DNA of 64,000 nt from Inquilinaceae bacterium (GTDB lineage: Bacteria > Pseudomonadota > Alphaproteobacteria > DSM-16000 > Inquilinaceae). The translations under genes were made by a program, and so were the position numbers. Each line of letters opens with the position of its first letter. The first letter of the stretch is position 1. The stretch spans positions 8,433 through 72,432 of the forward strand of contig CBDBVB010000025.1 of NCBI GenBank assembly GCA_965212545.1, written 5' to 3'. Of this stretch, positions 9,983-20,264 are shown in pieces. The notes beneath the pieces are model-generated. The model did not search any database and was not told where the DNA came from. It worked only from the letters and a program-made list of their open reading frames with translations.

Positions 9983-11197
9983 CTATTCGAGCCAGCCGAA
10001 CAACAGCTGTCCGGCATTGGCGGCGGCGCGGGCGAAGAAGCCTTTCTCGGCCACGTCGGCGCCGGCCAGAAGCGGCAAATTGATCGCCGGCGAACCGGGC
10101 GCGGTGACGATCAGCGTGCCGACCATATCGCCCGCCGTGATCGGCGCCTGCAGCGGCTCCTGGACCTGGGCCACGACGGACAGATCGCGGCGCAGGGAGC
10201 GGCGCAGCGTGACCGTCAGATCGTCCTGCAGCACCAGGGGAACAGTCTCGGCCTGGCCCAGCCAGACGGCGGCCGTCTCCACCGTCTCGCCGGATTCGAA
10301 CAGGGCGACATTGTCGAACTCGCGGAAGCCCCAGGCGATCAGCCGGGCGCTTTCCTCGGCCCGGGCGTTGACGCTGCCAAGGCCGTTGACCACCAAGACC
10401 AGCCTGCGCTCATCCTGCATGGCGGAGGCAGCCAGGCCATAGCCGGCATCCTCGGTATGGCCGGTCTTCAACCCGTCGGCGCCGATATTCCGGTACAGCA
10501 GCGGATTCCGGTTGCCCTGCTTGATCTCGCTGAAGGTGAATTCGGTCTCGGAGAAGTAGTGATAATACTGCGGAAAATCGGCGATCAGCCGTTGCGACAA
10601 GATCGCCAGATCGCGGGCGGTGGAATAGTGGTTCGGGTCGGGCCAGCCGGTGGCATTGGCAAATCGCGAATTTGTCAGGCCCAGCTCGCGGCCGCGTTCG
10701 GTCATCGCCTGGGCGAAGCCCTCTTCGGTGCCGCCAAGCGCCTCGGCGACGACGATCGAGGCATCGTTGCCGGATTGCACGACGATGCCGCGGATCAGAT
10801 CCTCGACCCGCACCTCGGTGCCGACCTCCACGAACATCTTCGAGCCGCCCTTGCGCCATGCGTATTCGCTGACCGGCAGGGCCTCGTCGAGCGACAGGCG
10901 GCCCTCCTCCAACGCCTCGAACAACATGTAGACCGTCATGATCTTGCTCATGGAGGAGGTCGGCATGGGCGAATCCGACCCCTTCTCCAGCAGCACCATG
11001 CCGGTCTGCATGTCGACCAGGATGGCCTGCTCGGCGGACGTGTCGATGGACGTCTGGGCCCTGGCCGCGGCGGCGAACGCCAGCAACATGGCGAGGCCGA
11101 GTGACAGCACGGCGGCCATCCGGGCCGGATTTGCGGCGGTTGCGGGGATGCATCGGGCACTGGGCTTGGAAACGCGCGGCGTCACGCAGGGCAGCAT
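9983..11197 (-). CDS. D-alanyl-D-alanine carboxypeptidase (PBP5/6, peptidase S11)
   Basis: The SMSK (SxxK), SGND and KTGHT motifs are present along with a signal peptide. The true start may be the internal ATG at 11119 (MAAVLSLGLAMLLAFAAAARA). Confidence 0.9.
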   Translation of the reverse strand: MLPCVTPRVSKPSARCIPATAANPARMAAVLSLGLAMLLAFAAAARAQTSIDTSAEQAILVDMQTGMVLLEKGSDSPMPTSSMSKIMTVYMLFEALEEGRLSLDEALPVSEYAWRKGGSKMFVEVGTEVRVEDLIRGIVVQSGNDASIVVAEALGGTEEGFAQAMTERGRELGLTNSRFANATGWPDPNHYSTARDLAILSQRLIADFPQYYHYFSETEFTFSEIKQGNRNPLLYRNIGADGLKTGHTEDAGYGLAASAMQDERRLVLVVNGLGSVNARAEESARLIAWGFREFDNVALFESGETVETAAVWLGQAETVPLVLQDDLTVTLRRSLRRDLSVVAQVQEPLQAPITAGDMVGTLIVTAPGSPAINLPLLAGADVAEKGFFARAAANAGQLLFGWLE

Positions 11198-11305
11198 CGT
11201 GACTTGTCTCTCCGGTTCGGCGGGTGCGGCGGCGCAGCCTACACCCTGCGCGGTGGCGAAAATGCGGCGTGGGACGGCCGGGTGGCCGTGGATGGCGGGC
11301 GGAGC

Positions 11306-12292
11306 CTACTTGGCGATGATATGGGCGTCGGACTGGCCGCGATCGATCACCCGTTCCAGCACCTGATCGGCCACTTCCGCGGTCTCGATCGGGCCAAGCT
11401 GGACCAGGTAGAGCGTCGAGCCGTCGCTGCGGGTCAGCGGTGCGATCGTGGTATTGGCCAGAGGCGAGAGCCTTTCCCGCAGCCGGTTGGCATTGCCGTA
11501 GACTGAGAACGCGCCGGCCTGGACGAAGTAGCCGCTGTCGTCCGCCTCCATTGGCGGTTGCACAGGCGATTGCGCCGGTGGCGGATCCGCCGAGGTGACC
11601 GCGGCCGGGGCGATCTCCGGGCTTGGCGCTGGCGGCGGCGCCTCGACGACCGGGACCGGCGTTGGCGCGCTGGTTGCGGCGACTGGTGTCGCCAGGCTCG
11701 CCACCTGCACGGTCTCGCGCGGCCTGGCGGCCACCACAGGCCCGTCGGCACCGCCACGCGCCTCGACAGCGATCGCGTAGCTTTCCTGGGTCAGTACCTG
11801 GACCCGAACGCGGGCCGTGCCCTGATCCAGAAAGCCCAGCAACTCCGCAGCGCGGTGCGAAACGTCGATGATCCGGTCGCGGGCGAAGGGGCCGCGATCG
11901 TTGATCCGGACCACCACCGAGCGGCCATTCTCCAGATTGACCACCCGCACCAGGCTCGGCATCTGCAGGGTCGGATGGGCTGCGGTCAGCGCGTTCTGGT
12001 CGTAGATCTCGCCATTGGCCGTCAGCTGGCCGTCGAAGCCGGGACCGTACCAGGAGGCGACCCCGACCTTGTCATAATTGAAGTCCTCTTCCGGATGGTA
12101 CCAGATGCCGTTGATCTGATAAGGCTGGCCGACCTTGTAGATGCCGTCGCCCTGGGGGCCGCTGACCGCCGCGATATGGCTGGCCAGCTCGACGCTGCTG
12201 CAGGCGGCCAGGATCAGCGTGCCGACCAGGATTCCGATCAGACCCGAGCCGCAGCGGTGAGCCGCCAGGGGGCGATAGCTCAGAAACTGCAT
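11306..12292 (-). CDS. rlpA: Septal ring lytic transglycosylase RlpA family lipoprotein (DPBB + SPOR)
   Basis: There is a lipobox LILAACSS, the DPBB block GVASWYGPGFDGQLTANGEIYD...VRINDRGPF, and a C-terminal SPOR-like GYFVQAGAFSVYGNANRL. Confidence 0.9.
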   Translation of the reverse strand: MQFLSYRPLAAHRCGSGLIGILVGTLILAACSSVELASHIAAVSGPQGDGIYKVGQPYQINGIWYHPEEDFNYDKVGVASWYGPGFDGQLTANGEIYDQNALTAAHPTLQMPSLVRVVNLENGRSVVVRINDRGPFARDRIIDVSHRAAELLGFLDQGTARVRVQVLTQESYAIAVEARGGADGPVVAARPRETVQVASLATPVAATSAPTPVPVVEAPPPAPSPEIAPAAVTSADPPPAQSPVQPPMEADDSGYFVQAGAFSVYGNANRLRERLSPLANTTIAPLTRSDGSTLYLVQLGPIETAEVADQVLERVIDRGQSDAHIIAK

Positions 12293-13344
12293 CCGTATCC
12301 CCCCGGCCCATCCTCGCAGCCGCCGATCTGGTCGGCCAGAATACCCACCGTGGTGGCGAAATAAGTCGACCGGTTCCAGTTCATCAGGGCGCGATAGTTC
12401 TGATAGACCAGATAGGCCGAGCCGTCCGGGCCGTCGGGCAGCACCAGCGATGCATTGACCGCCGCGGCAGGCAGGTCATTGCCATCGGCTCGGCGGATAC
12501 CCAGAGCCTGCCAGTCGTCGAGGGCGCGTTTGGTGCCGAGCCCGGCCATCTCCGGGTCGAAGCCGGCGGGCAGTCTGACCTGCCGGCCCCAGGTCACGCC
12601 ATCGTCCCAGCCGGCCTCGGCCAGGAAATTCGCGGCGGATGCGAACACATCGGCGCGGGTGGTCCAGATATCGCGGCGTCCGTCGCCGTCATGGTCGACC
12701 GCCAGGCTGAGGAAATTGGACGGCATGAATTGGCTCTGGCCCATGGCGCCGGCCCAGGATCCCTTCATGTCGGCGATCGCGATATGGCCCTCGTCCAGGA
12801 TCTGCAGTGCTTTGAGCAATTCGCGGCGGAAATAGTCGCTGCGCCGCCCGTCATAAGCCAGCGTCGCCAGCGCCTCGATCACCGGATAGCCGCCGGTGAA
12901 GCTGCCATAGCTGGTCTCCATGCCCCACAATGCGACAATGAACCGCGGCTGCACGCCGTAGACGGTGCCGATCTCCGACAGCAGGTCACGGTTCTCCCGC
13001 AGCAGCCGGCGGCCGCGGTCTATTCGCGATTGCGGAGTCTGGCGCTCAAGATATTCGGCGAACGAAAGCCGGCCCTCGGGCTGCCGGCGGTCGAGCTCGA
13101 TGATCCTTGGAATCGGGCTGATGTCGCTCAGCGCCATGTCGAGCGTGGCATTCGAGACGCCCAACTCACGAGCGTCAGCACGCACATCGTCCAGCCATTG
13201 ATCGAACGGCGTGCCGGACTGAGCCGCGACGGGAAGCGCGGCCAGCAGCATCACGACAACCGCGAGCATGCCGATCGGCATCGCCCGGATCCGGTCCATG
13301 TTCCTAGTCTCCATCTGCCGCTCGGCAACTACATCTTGTGCCAT
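12280..13344 (-). CDS. Lytic murein transglycosylase (MltB-like)
   Basis: 354 aa with a signal peptide. GMETSYGSFTG and GAMGQSQFMPSNF are family motifs. The start may be the internal MDRIRAMPIG. Confidence 0.85.
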   Translation of the reverse strand: MAQDVVAERQMETRNMDRIRAMPIGMLAVVVMLLAALPVAAQSGTPFDQWLDDVRADARELGVSNATLDMALSDISPIPRIIELDRRQPEGRLSFAEYLERQTPQSRIDRGRRLLRENRDLLSEIGTVYGVQPRFIVALWGMETSYGSFTGGYPVIEALATLAYDGRRSDYFRRELLKALQILDEGHIAIADMKGSWAGAMGQSQFMPSNFLSLAVDHDGDGRRDIWTTRADVFASAANFLAEAGWDDGVTWGRQVRLPAGFDPEMAGLGTKRALDDWQALGIRRADGNDLPAAAVNASLVLPDGPDGSAYLVYQNYRALMNWNRSTYFATTVGILADQIGGCEDGPGGYGCSF

Positions 13345-13394
13345 ACGGCCGGCCAGGCTTCAACACATTGCTGGCACGTCAAAATAGGCCCGGA

Positions 13395-15743
13395 TCAGAA
13401 AGTCAATCGGTAGCGCAGTCCGGCGGAGAATTCCGGAGCCGCGTCCTGGACATGATCGGGTTCGAAACGGGTCACGAAACTGAAATCGATCTGCTCGCTC
13501 GGGCCGAGGTTGAAGCCGTAGGTCAGTTCGGCATCGGTCTCGCGGCCACTCGGCGACAGGCCGACGGTTTCCTGGGCATGGTTGACCGCGCCGTCGAGCG
13601 TGCGCGACTGCGGTGCAGTGACGATGGCGGTGCCCTCGGTCACCCGCAGCGGCTGTGTCAGCGAGAGGGTAATGCGGTCCCGGTCTGCAATCAGGTCGCG
13701 GGCGGCGATGCCGAGCCCCATGGATTCGCTGCGCACACCGTCGAAGCCGGCGATGAGATCGGTCGACAGCGAGTCCGTGTCGCTGCTTCCGCTTGTGTAG
13801 CTGCCAAACAGGTCGATCGTGTCGGTCAACGGCACCACGCCGAACGCACTGACGAAATCCGTGGTGGCCGAGCCGTTCAGTCCGAAGGCGCCGTCGCCGC
13901 CGGTCTCCAGAAGACCGCCATCCTCGACCAACCGGCCGAGTTGGATGCCAAGTCGCAGCCCGGATTCGCCGGTATGGCTCATTTCCGCAACATAGACCGA
14001 TGCGTCGTCGGCGCCGCCCTCGGACTCTCCACCCAGGGTCGCGTCATTCACGCCGATGCCGACCCGGAACTGCACGCTGTCCCCGAATGCGGTCGACAGG
14101 GTGGCGTTGCCTCCGGAATCGGCCATGCCGATGAAAGCCATGTCGCTTGCGCCCAGCATGCCGCCGCCGATCGGGGCGCCGGCTCCGTAAAGGCCGAACT
14201 GCCCGGCGGCGCCCTGCCCCCGGGCGATGGTCAGATCGGCACCCTCGGCGATCTGCTGGCGCAGGCTGAAGCTGGCATCCGATGGCGCCTGGTCGGACAG
14301 TTCGCCGAGCCAGCGCTGCGGCCCGTCCTGCGTTTCCGCCGCTTGCACCCGGATCTGGGTGAACGGCGTCAGGGCGGTCTCGAAACGCTCGATGTCGCTG
14401 CCGCCGGTCAGGAAGCCCAGTATATCCGGGCCCGATGACGGCGTCGCGATCGACGCGGTCAGATCGATCCCATAGTCGCGGCCGTAACCATCTAGGAACA
14501 TGGCGCCGGCCAGGACGCTCGAACCGGACAGGGCATCGCCGAACGCGGCGCTTAGCGCGAGGGTGGTGTCGGCCGGGTCTGCGCCCCCGCCATCGACCGA
14601 CGCCGTCGATGGGATCGACAGCACGCCAAGCGGGGCTGCGGCGGCGGCCATGTTCAGCAACCCGCGGCCATAGACCGCATCGGTGCCGGCAGCGCCAAGA
14701 TCGGTCGCGCTGACCAGCAGGATGTCGACGATCTGGTCGGCGGACAGCGCCGGGAACCGCTCTCGCAGCAGGGCGGCGGCCCCCGAGATGATCGGCGCTG
14801 AAAAGGACGTGCCGTCGGCGAAAGCATAGCCGCCGCCGACGCTGGTGGTGTAGACGCCGACCCCCGGCGCCATCAGATAATAGTCCTGGGCAAGGCCGGC
14901 CCGGTTGCTGAAATCGGCGATCAGCCCAGTGCCCTCGTCATAGGCCCCCGCCACGATCATCTGGCCGTTGAGCGCCGGGTCGATGGCGTTCAGCGCCGGA
15001 TAGAGCGGATCGACGTTCAGGGTGGGGTTCAACGGGTCGTAGAAATTGCCCGCCGCGGCAACCAGCACCGTGTCGTTGTTGGTCGCATTGATCATCGAGG
15101 CAAGGAAAGCCGGGCTGCTTGGCGAGGCCCCGCCTAGGCTGTAGTTGATGATGTCGGCGCTGCTCGAGACCGCGAAATCGGTGGCCGCGATCAAATCGGC
15201 GTCAAAGAAGCCGCACAGGCTCCCGAAGCAGGTCTCCGCCGCAATGGCCAGGATCGTGGAATTGAAGGCGACGCCATGCATGCCGTTGCCGTCGCGGTTC
15301 GCACCGGCGGCGCCGGCCACCAGGGTTCCGTGGCCGGTGACGTCCGCGACCGACCCGCCGGAGCCGACGACGCTTCGGCTGTCCGGGTGCAGCCCGCCCT
15401 GGAACTCCGGATGGTCGTAGTCGATCCCGGAGTCGACGATCGCGATGATGATGCCAGAACCGGTATATCCGGTCGGGTTGCTGCCGCCGTTGTAATAGGT
15501 GCTGGCGTTGATCGTGCCCAGCGCGCTCATGGCCTGATATTCGGGGTCGGCATCGTAGGTTGCGATCGGCAGACCGCCCCCGCCTTCGCGGAACCCGTCA
15601 TCCCGGGTGAAGAACTGAGCCCCGGGCCCACTGCCGCCGGTGCCCAGGCACGCGGACAGCACGACAGACCCCGCAAGTACCGTCGAGGTCTTTGCAATGC
15701 GGCGGAATCTGGAGACCGGATCGTTGGTCATGTTCGGAGCCAT
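13395..15743 (-). CDS. Autotransporter with subtilisin-like (S8) serine protease passenger
   Basis: 782 aa. The catalytic motifs are AIVDSGID (Asp), HGTLVAGAAGA (His) and GTSFSAPIISGAAALL (Ser). The Gly-rich C-terminal beta-barrel ends in LRYRLTF. Confidence 0.85.
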   Translation of the reverse strand: MAPNMTNDPVSRFRRIAKTSTVLAGSVVLSACLGTGGSGPGAQFFTRDDGFREGGGGLPIATYDADPEYQAMSALGTINASTYYNGGSNPTGYTGSGIIIAIVDSGIDYDHPEFQGGLHPDSRSVVGSGGSVADVTGHGTLVAGAAGANRDGNGMHGVAFNSTILAIAAETCFGSLCGFFDADLIAATDFAVSSSADIINYSLGGASPSSPAFLASMINATNNDTVLVAAAGNFYDPLNPTLNVDPLYPALNAIDPALNGQMIVAGAYDEGTGLIADFSNRAGLAQDYYLMAPGVGVYTTSVGGGYAFADGTSFSAPIISGAAALLRERFPALSADQIVDILLVSATDLGAAGTDAVYGRGLLNMAAAAAPLGVLSIPSTASVDGGGADPADTTLALSAAFGDALSGSSVLAGAMFLDGYGRDYGIDLTASIATPSSGPDILGFLTGGSDIERFETALTPFTQIRVQAAETQDGPQRWLGELSDQAPSDASFSLRQQIAEGADLTIARGQGAAGQFGLYGAGAPIGGGMLGASDMAFIGMADSGGNATLSTAFGDSVQFRVGIGVNDATLGGESEGGADDASVYVAEMSHTGESGLRLGIQLGRLVEDGGLLETGGDGAFGLNGSATTDFVSAFGVVPLTDTIDLFGSYTSGSSDTDSLSTDLIAGFDGVRSESMGLGIAARDLIADRDRITLSLTQPLRVTEGTAIVTAPQSRTLDGAVNHAQETVGLSPSGRETDAELTYGFNLGPSEQIDFSFVTRFEPDHVQDAAPEFSAGLRYRLTF

Positions 15744-16255
15744 CGGACGCGCGGTTTATCGGACCGCCAGCCGGCGGAACCACACGCCGATGGTGCAGCA
15801 GACATGGTTGACGTCGCGTTAAGAGGGCGTCGCCTGCCCTCGCCCGGACGCCCAGATCGATCGCGATTGCGTCAATCTGCGTCAATTCCACATCGTCACG
15901 GTTGTCTTGCCCTGAAATATTCTCTGGCAATTGTTGAAAATTCAGCGTGTCTTCGTTGGCTGTAACACGGATTGTCACTGTTCGAACTCAGTTAAAATCC
16001 AATAGGACTGCGCCTCGGAGTTCGTATTATTAACCATTTCACGAATTATTTACTATATCGGCATGGCCCGTATCACAGTTTTGACACAACATCGCCTTGG
16101 ATCAGATCCGTATTATTAATTGCAGATGACGTGATCATTGGCTGTTGAGCCGGGGTATTCCAACGGTACTCGAATGGGGATCAACGGGCGGGAATGATCA
16201 TTAGGACGCAAGCCGGCGTCAGGACGGTGCCGGCACTGGATTAGGGGCCAAGATA

Positions 16256-16435
16256 ATGAGAAGTCTTCCTTGGGGTTCGATTTCGGTGGCTTACATGTTC
16301 GGTTTGTTCGTCACCTTCCTGCAGGCCGCGCCGGATGCTTTCGACCGGTGCTACCAGTTCAGCTACTGCACCTCGCTGGTGATGGAAAACGTCGCCTGGT
16401 CGCTGGTGTGGCCGGCCTACTGGCTGATGAGCTGA
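16256..16435 (+). CDS. Small hydrophobic hypothetical protein (59 aa)
   Basis: Own translation gives MRSLPWGSISVAYMFGLFVTFLQAAPDAFDRCYQFSYCTSLVMENVAWSLVWPAYWLMS. It is below the ORF-track cutoff. Third-position GC is high over most of the ORF. Confidence 0.4.
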   Translation: MRSLPWGSISVAYMFGLFVTFLQAAPDAFDRCYQFSYCTSLVMENVAWSLVWPAYWLMS

Positions 16436-16737
16436 GTTCACGGCTCTTTCGGCACCTTCCCAACTCTGCGATTCCCCCGGCGGCGCCCCCCACACGTCGC
16501 CCTCCGGCCCGGCGGTCCATGTCCGCCGGGTCCGCCTCCCCTCCGGCCGGTGCTCCTGCCGACGCCGATCACGACCACCAGAAGCCGTATCATCACCCGG
16601 ACTGACCGCCGAACCGCCCGCACCCGTGCGCTGCGCGGATTGCGCTGTTCGCTCGCCCTGACGACGCCCGACGTTGACTTCGCCCGGCGATTTGTTAGCT
16701 AGTGGGCTTGGCAGCGGCCCAAGCGTCGATGCCCGAC

Positions 16738-16827
16738 GGATGGGTGGCCGAGTGGTTGAAGGCACCGGTCTTGAAAACCGGCAAGGGTTAGCGCTCTTCG
16801 TGGGTTCGAATCCCACCCCATCCGCCA
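16738..16827 (+). tRNA. tRNA-Ser (anticodon UGA), with encoded CCA
   Basis: The acceptor stem GGATGGG pairs with CCCATCC. The anticodon arm is CCGGT-CTTGAAA-ACCGG. There is a long variable arm, the T-arm GTGGG-TTCGAAT-CCCAC, a discriminator G and CCA. Confidence 0.9.
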
Positions 16828-16892
16828 GCCTTCGCTGAGGCTTCGGCTAGCAAATTACGCAGGGCACTCGATCTTCCGCGCAGAGAAAGCGG

Positions 16893-16917
16893 GAGCAGGG
16901 GCACAAGGCCCCTGCTC
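16893..16917. terminator. GC-rich hairpin between tRNA-Ser and the convergent DUF3365 gene
   Basis: GAGCAGGGGC-acaag-GCCCCTGCTC is a 10-bp perfect stem. On the minus strand it is followed by CCGCTTTCTCTG. Confidence 0.55.
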
Positions 16918-16962
16918 TTCGATCATCGAACCGTGAAACCGGACCGGTCGGCCCGGACGGGA

Positions 16963-17718
16963 CTACTCGCCCGGGGCCGGCGCGTAGCCCATGGGCTGGC
17001 GTTGGGGGAATGACACGAAGAAGTTCAACAAGATACCAGTCACCAGGAACGCCCCGGCCATAGCACCCATCAGCAGCATCCAGGTCTCCCGTGCACGTGC
17101 CAGAGGAATCGCCATCGGCACGGTGACAATCTGGGCGCCGACGATCTCGTCCATCTGCCAGCCGAAGCCGTTCGCCGAGCCGTAGCGCGCCAGCATGGCC
17201 GGCGGTGCGATCGATGGCGAGCTGTGACACTGCAGGCAGGCCGGGTTGGTGATGCGGATCGCGTGCGACAGGGTGAGCATCTGCCCGACCGCGGATTCGC
17301 GGGTCACGATCGCTTCCGTCAGGGACGAGTCGTTGCGGAACGCCTGGATGATGTCGGTCTCCCACTCCGTCGCCAGATCCCGGGGATTGGTCGGGTTCAG
17401 CGTCGCTTCACGGTATGAATAGTTGCGGAAGCTCTTCTGGACTTCCTCGAAATTCGTCTGGGCGGCGAAGGACGGCACCGTATGCGGCAGGAACTCGCTG
17501 GTGTTGAGCTGCTGCAGCAGAGGCCGAATCTCGTTGGCCGTATAGCCCCGCATGGCCAGCGCGCTGGCGCGCATGATGCGGGCTTTCTCGATGACTTCCT
17601 GGCGTGCATTCTCTTTCAGAATGGTATCCGCGACGAAGCCGATGGCGGCCAGACCGATGACGAAGACGACGAACATCGCCAGGTTCATTTTGGAACGTGG
17701 GTTCACGATAACCCCCAT
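16963..17718 (-). CDS. DUF3365-like periplasmic protein with a c-type heme motif
   Basis: 251 aa with an N-terminal TM/signal segment and CLQCH (CxxCH). The start could instead be the ATG at 17688 (MNLAMFVVF). Confidence 0.7.
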   Translation of the reverse strand: MGVIVNPRSKMNLAMFVVFVIGLAAIGFVADTILKENARQEVIEKARIMRASALAMRGYTANEIRPLLQQLNTSEFLPHTVPSFAAQTNFEEVQKSFRNYSYREATLNPTNPRDLATEWETDIIQAFRNDSSLTEAIVTRESAVGQMLTLSHAIRITNPACLQCHSSPSIAPPAMLARYGSANGFGWQMDEIVGAQIVTVPMAIPLARARETWMLLMGAMAGAFLVTGILLNFFVSFPQRQPMGYAPAPGE

Positions 17719-17894
17719 TGGATTTGTGAGGCGAACACGGGATTTGCGGCGAAAGAACTACGGAATCTTCGTTAAAAAAGCCGTAAGCCGAGGGCTGTCG
17801 GCGACTCTCAATCGGCTCATCCGGCGAGACGGCACTTTACCCACGGCCCGACCCGTGGCAGCGATAGGCCGCTCTGCACCCTCGGGACATCCCC

Positions 17895-18467
17895 ATGCGC
17901 GCCTGGCAAAGAATGCTCAGCGGTCGCCGGCTCAACCTGCTGGACCCCGCGCCGATCGATATCGAGATCGAGGACATCGCCCACGGCCTGTCGCGGGTGG
18001 CGCGGTGGAACGGCCAGACGGTCGGCGATTTCGCCTTCTCCGTCGCGCAGCATTGCGTGCTGGTCGAGCAGTTGGCGGCGCAGGAGACCCCCGGCCTGGA
18101 CCGACGATGGCGGCTGGCGGCGCTGCTGCACGATGCGCCGGAATACGTGATCGGCGATATGATCTCACCGTTCAAAGCATCGATCGGCAACGATTACAAG
18201 ACGGTGGAGAATGCTCTTCAGGCGGCGGTTCATATCCGGTTCGGCCTGCCGACGACTCTGCCCGCCGAGATCAAGGCGCTGATCAAGCGCGCCGACCGGG
18301 TCGCGGCGTTCTCCGAGGCGGTCGATGTGGCCGGATTCACAGAGCTGGAGGCGCGCAAGGTGCTGGTATATCGCCGCAAGACCCGGGCGCCTACCCTCTC
18401 CGCCCAGGCGCCGGATGCGGCCAAGACGGCCTTCCTGCAACGTTTTCGTAGGCTTTTCATTGCCTAA
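17895..18467 (+). CDS. HD-domain phosphohydrolase (YfbR-like)
   Basis: 190 aa. It has SVAQHCVLV and LLHDAPEYVIGDMISPFK (the HD motif). Confidence 0.75.
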   Translation: MRAWQRMLSGRRLNLLDPAPIDIEIEDIAHGLSRVARWNGQTVGDFAFSVAQHCVLVEQLAAQETPGLDRRWRLAALLHDAPEYVIGDMISPFKASIGNDYKTVENALQAAVHIRFGLPTTLPAEIKALIKRADRVAAFSEAVDVAGFTELEARKVLVYRRKTRAPTLSAQAPDAAKTAFLQRFRRLFIA

Positions 18468-18521
18468 TGGTGTCCGCCTGTCCGATTGTCGCGCACGATT
18501 CTGACCAGGATTCGCAGATTC

Positions 18522-19061
18522 ATGACCAGACTATCGCCAAGCCCGGCCGGGCCGGGACGCGGCATCGTCGCCGTGCTGGGCCTGCTCGCCGCGCTGCTTG
18601 TGCCGGTGCCGCTCCAGGCCCAGACCGGCGGGTCCTATATCGGCAGCTACTGGAACTGGGAGGCGCATGTGTATCGCCTCGACGGCGGGGAGACCCGGTG
18701 CGCGGTCCGCGCCCTGCATCCGGCGATCCTGGAGGCAGAGATCTACTGGGTCTTCAACACCCGCCATTCGGTGCGACTGCCGGACGGCTTCCTGGCGGTC
18801 GATCGGCGTGTCGCCGACGGCGCCTCCGAGCTGGCGGTCATCATCGATGGTCGCGACCGCTTTGCGCTGAGAGTCGGCGGTGACGGGTATGGATACAGCC
18901 TGGATGCCGACGCGGCGCGGCTGCTGGCCGCCATGCGGCGCGGGATCGAGATGGACATCGTGCTTCGTCGGCGGACCGCGGGAGAGCAGGTGCTGCCGAT
19001 ATCGCTGCTCGGCTTCACCCGTGGCAGCAATGCCGCGCGTGACGCCTGCTACCCGGGTTAG
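18522..19061 (+). CDS. Secreted hypothetical protein
   Basis: The signal peptide is MTRLSPSPAGPGRGIVAVLGLLAALLVPVPLQAQ. I recognise no family. Confidence 0.55.
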   Translation: MTRLSPSPAGPGRGIVAVLGLLAALLVPVPLQAQTGGSYIGSYWNWEAHVYRLDGGETRCAVRALHPAILEAEIYWVFNTRHSVRLPDGFLAVDRRVADGASELAVIIDGRDRFALRVGGDGYGYSLDADAARLLAAMRRGIEMDIVLRRRTAGEQVLPISLLGFTRGSNAARDACYPG

Positions 19062-19450
19062 AACGCCTGCCGCTTGCTCTTATAGGCATCGGCCATCTGG
19101 CGGATGGCATCCTGATGCCGCTCACCGGCCTGCGGCCGGCTCGGGGGCTCGGTCAGCGCCGTCATGCCGCGCGGCAGCCGGGTCTCGCCGATCGCCTTGC
19201 CAAGCTGCCCGACCACCGTCTCCAGTGCCTTGGCAGGAAGCTCGGCGGATTTCTTGGTCTCTGACGGCTCTGCGGATTGGCTGACCGCGTGGGCGATCAT
19301 GCCCTGCAGATAGGGACCGGCCAGCCCGCGCAGCAGGCGTGCATCGCGGGCGCACTCGGCCAGCAATATGCGTCGCGCCGCCGCTGTGCTGCCCTTGGCC
19401 TCGGCCAGTGCCGCCTGCACCCGGCCGGCAACGTATTCCTTGCTGGACAC
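19058..19450 (-). CDS. Hypothetical protein
   Basis: 130-aa ORF convergent with, and overlapping by 4 nt, the previous gene. I see no motif. Confidence 0.45.
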   Translation of the reverse strand: MSSKEYVAGRVQAALAEAKGSTAAARRILLAECARDARLLRGLAGPYLQGMIAHAVSQSAEPSETKKSAELPAKALETVVGQLGKAIGETRLPRGMTALTEPPSRPQAGERHQDAIRQMADAYKSKRQAF

Positions 19451-19553
19451 CTGGGTTCACCTTGTCGTGGAATTCATGGCGCTGTAACCCTATGCATGTT
19501 TGATTAACAACACCTTCTTCACCACCCACAGCACGTGGTCCCATACTCGACCC

Positions 19554-20201
19554 ATGCAGATCGACATTTTCTTCGACCTGGTCTGCCCCTGGTGCTTCAT
19601 CGGCAAGCACCGGATGGACCGGGCCCTGGCCGATCGGCCCGGCCTGCCGGTCGAACTGAACTGGCAGCCATTCCAGCTGAATCCCGGCATGCCGCCGACC
19701 GGCATGGATCGGCGTGATTACCTGTCGGCCAAGTTCGGCGGGTCCGGCCGTGCCGCGCAGATCTACGCAATGGTCGCGGAAACCGCGGAGCGCGACGGGC
19801 TGACGCTCGATCTGGAGGCGATTCACCGTACCCCGAACACTCTCGATGCCCATCGGCTGGCGCGTTACGCGGCGCAGTGCGGCTGCGATCCGGCGACTGC
19901 CGCCGAGGCGATCTTCCGGGCCTATTTCCAGCAGGGTCGGGATATCGGCAATCGCGGCGTCCTGGCCGAAATCGCCGGTGAACTCGGGCTCGACCGTGCC
20001 GAGGCAGCGCAGCATCTGGGTGGCCGCAGCGACATCAACCATGTCCGCACCGCCGACGCGGCGGCGCGGCGGATGGGGATCCAGGCGGTGCCGTGCTTCG
20101 TGTTCGACCGCCGCTATGCCCTCTCCGGCGCGCAGGAGCCTGAGTCCTTTTTCCCGATGTTCGATCTGGCCGGCGCCGAGGCCTCGCTGTCCCACGTCTA
20201 G
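19554..20201 (+). CDS. DsbA-family thioredoxin-fold oxidoreductase (FrnE/HCCA isomerase-like)
   Basis: MQIDIFFDLVCPWCFIGKHRM carries a CPWC active site. The start is taken at the internal ATG at 19554. Confidence 0.85.
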   Translation: MQIDIFFDLVCPWCFIGKHRMDRALADRPGLPVELNWQPFQLNPGMPPTGMDRRDYLSAKFGGSGRAAQIYAMVAETAERDGLTLDLEAIHRTPNTLDAHRLARYAAQCGCDPATAAEAIFRAYFQQGRDIGNRGVLAEIAGELGLDRAEAAQHLGGRSDINHVRTADAAARRMGIQAVPCFVFDRRYALSGAQEPESFFPMFDLAGAEASLSHV

Positions 20202-20264
20202 AGGCCGCGCCGGCAGGCATTCCGGACACCACATCCCTGACCCCGAATCGCTGCAAGGACCGAC

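Noticed and set aside
13338-14438. 366-aa plus-strand ORF
   Set aside because: It is antisense to the autotransporter beta-barrel region. The minus-strand frame has the S8 triad and a terminal aromatic residue.
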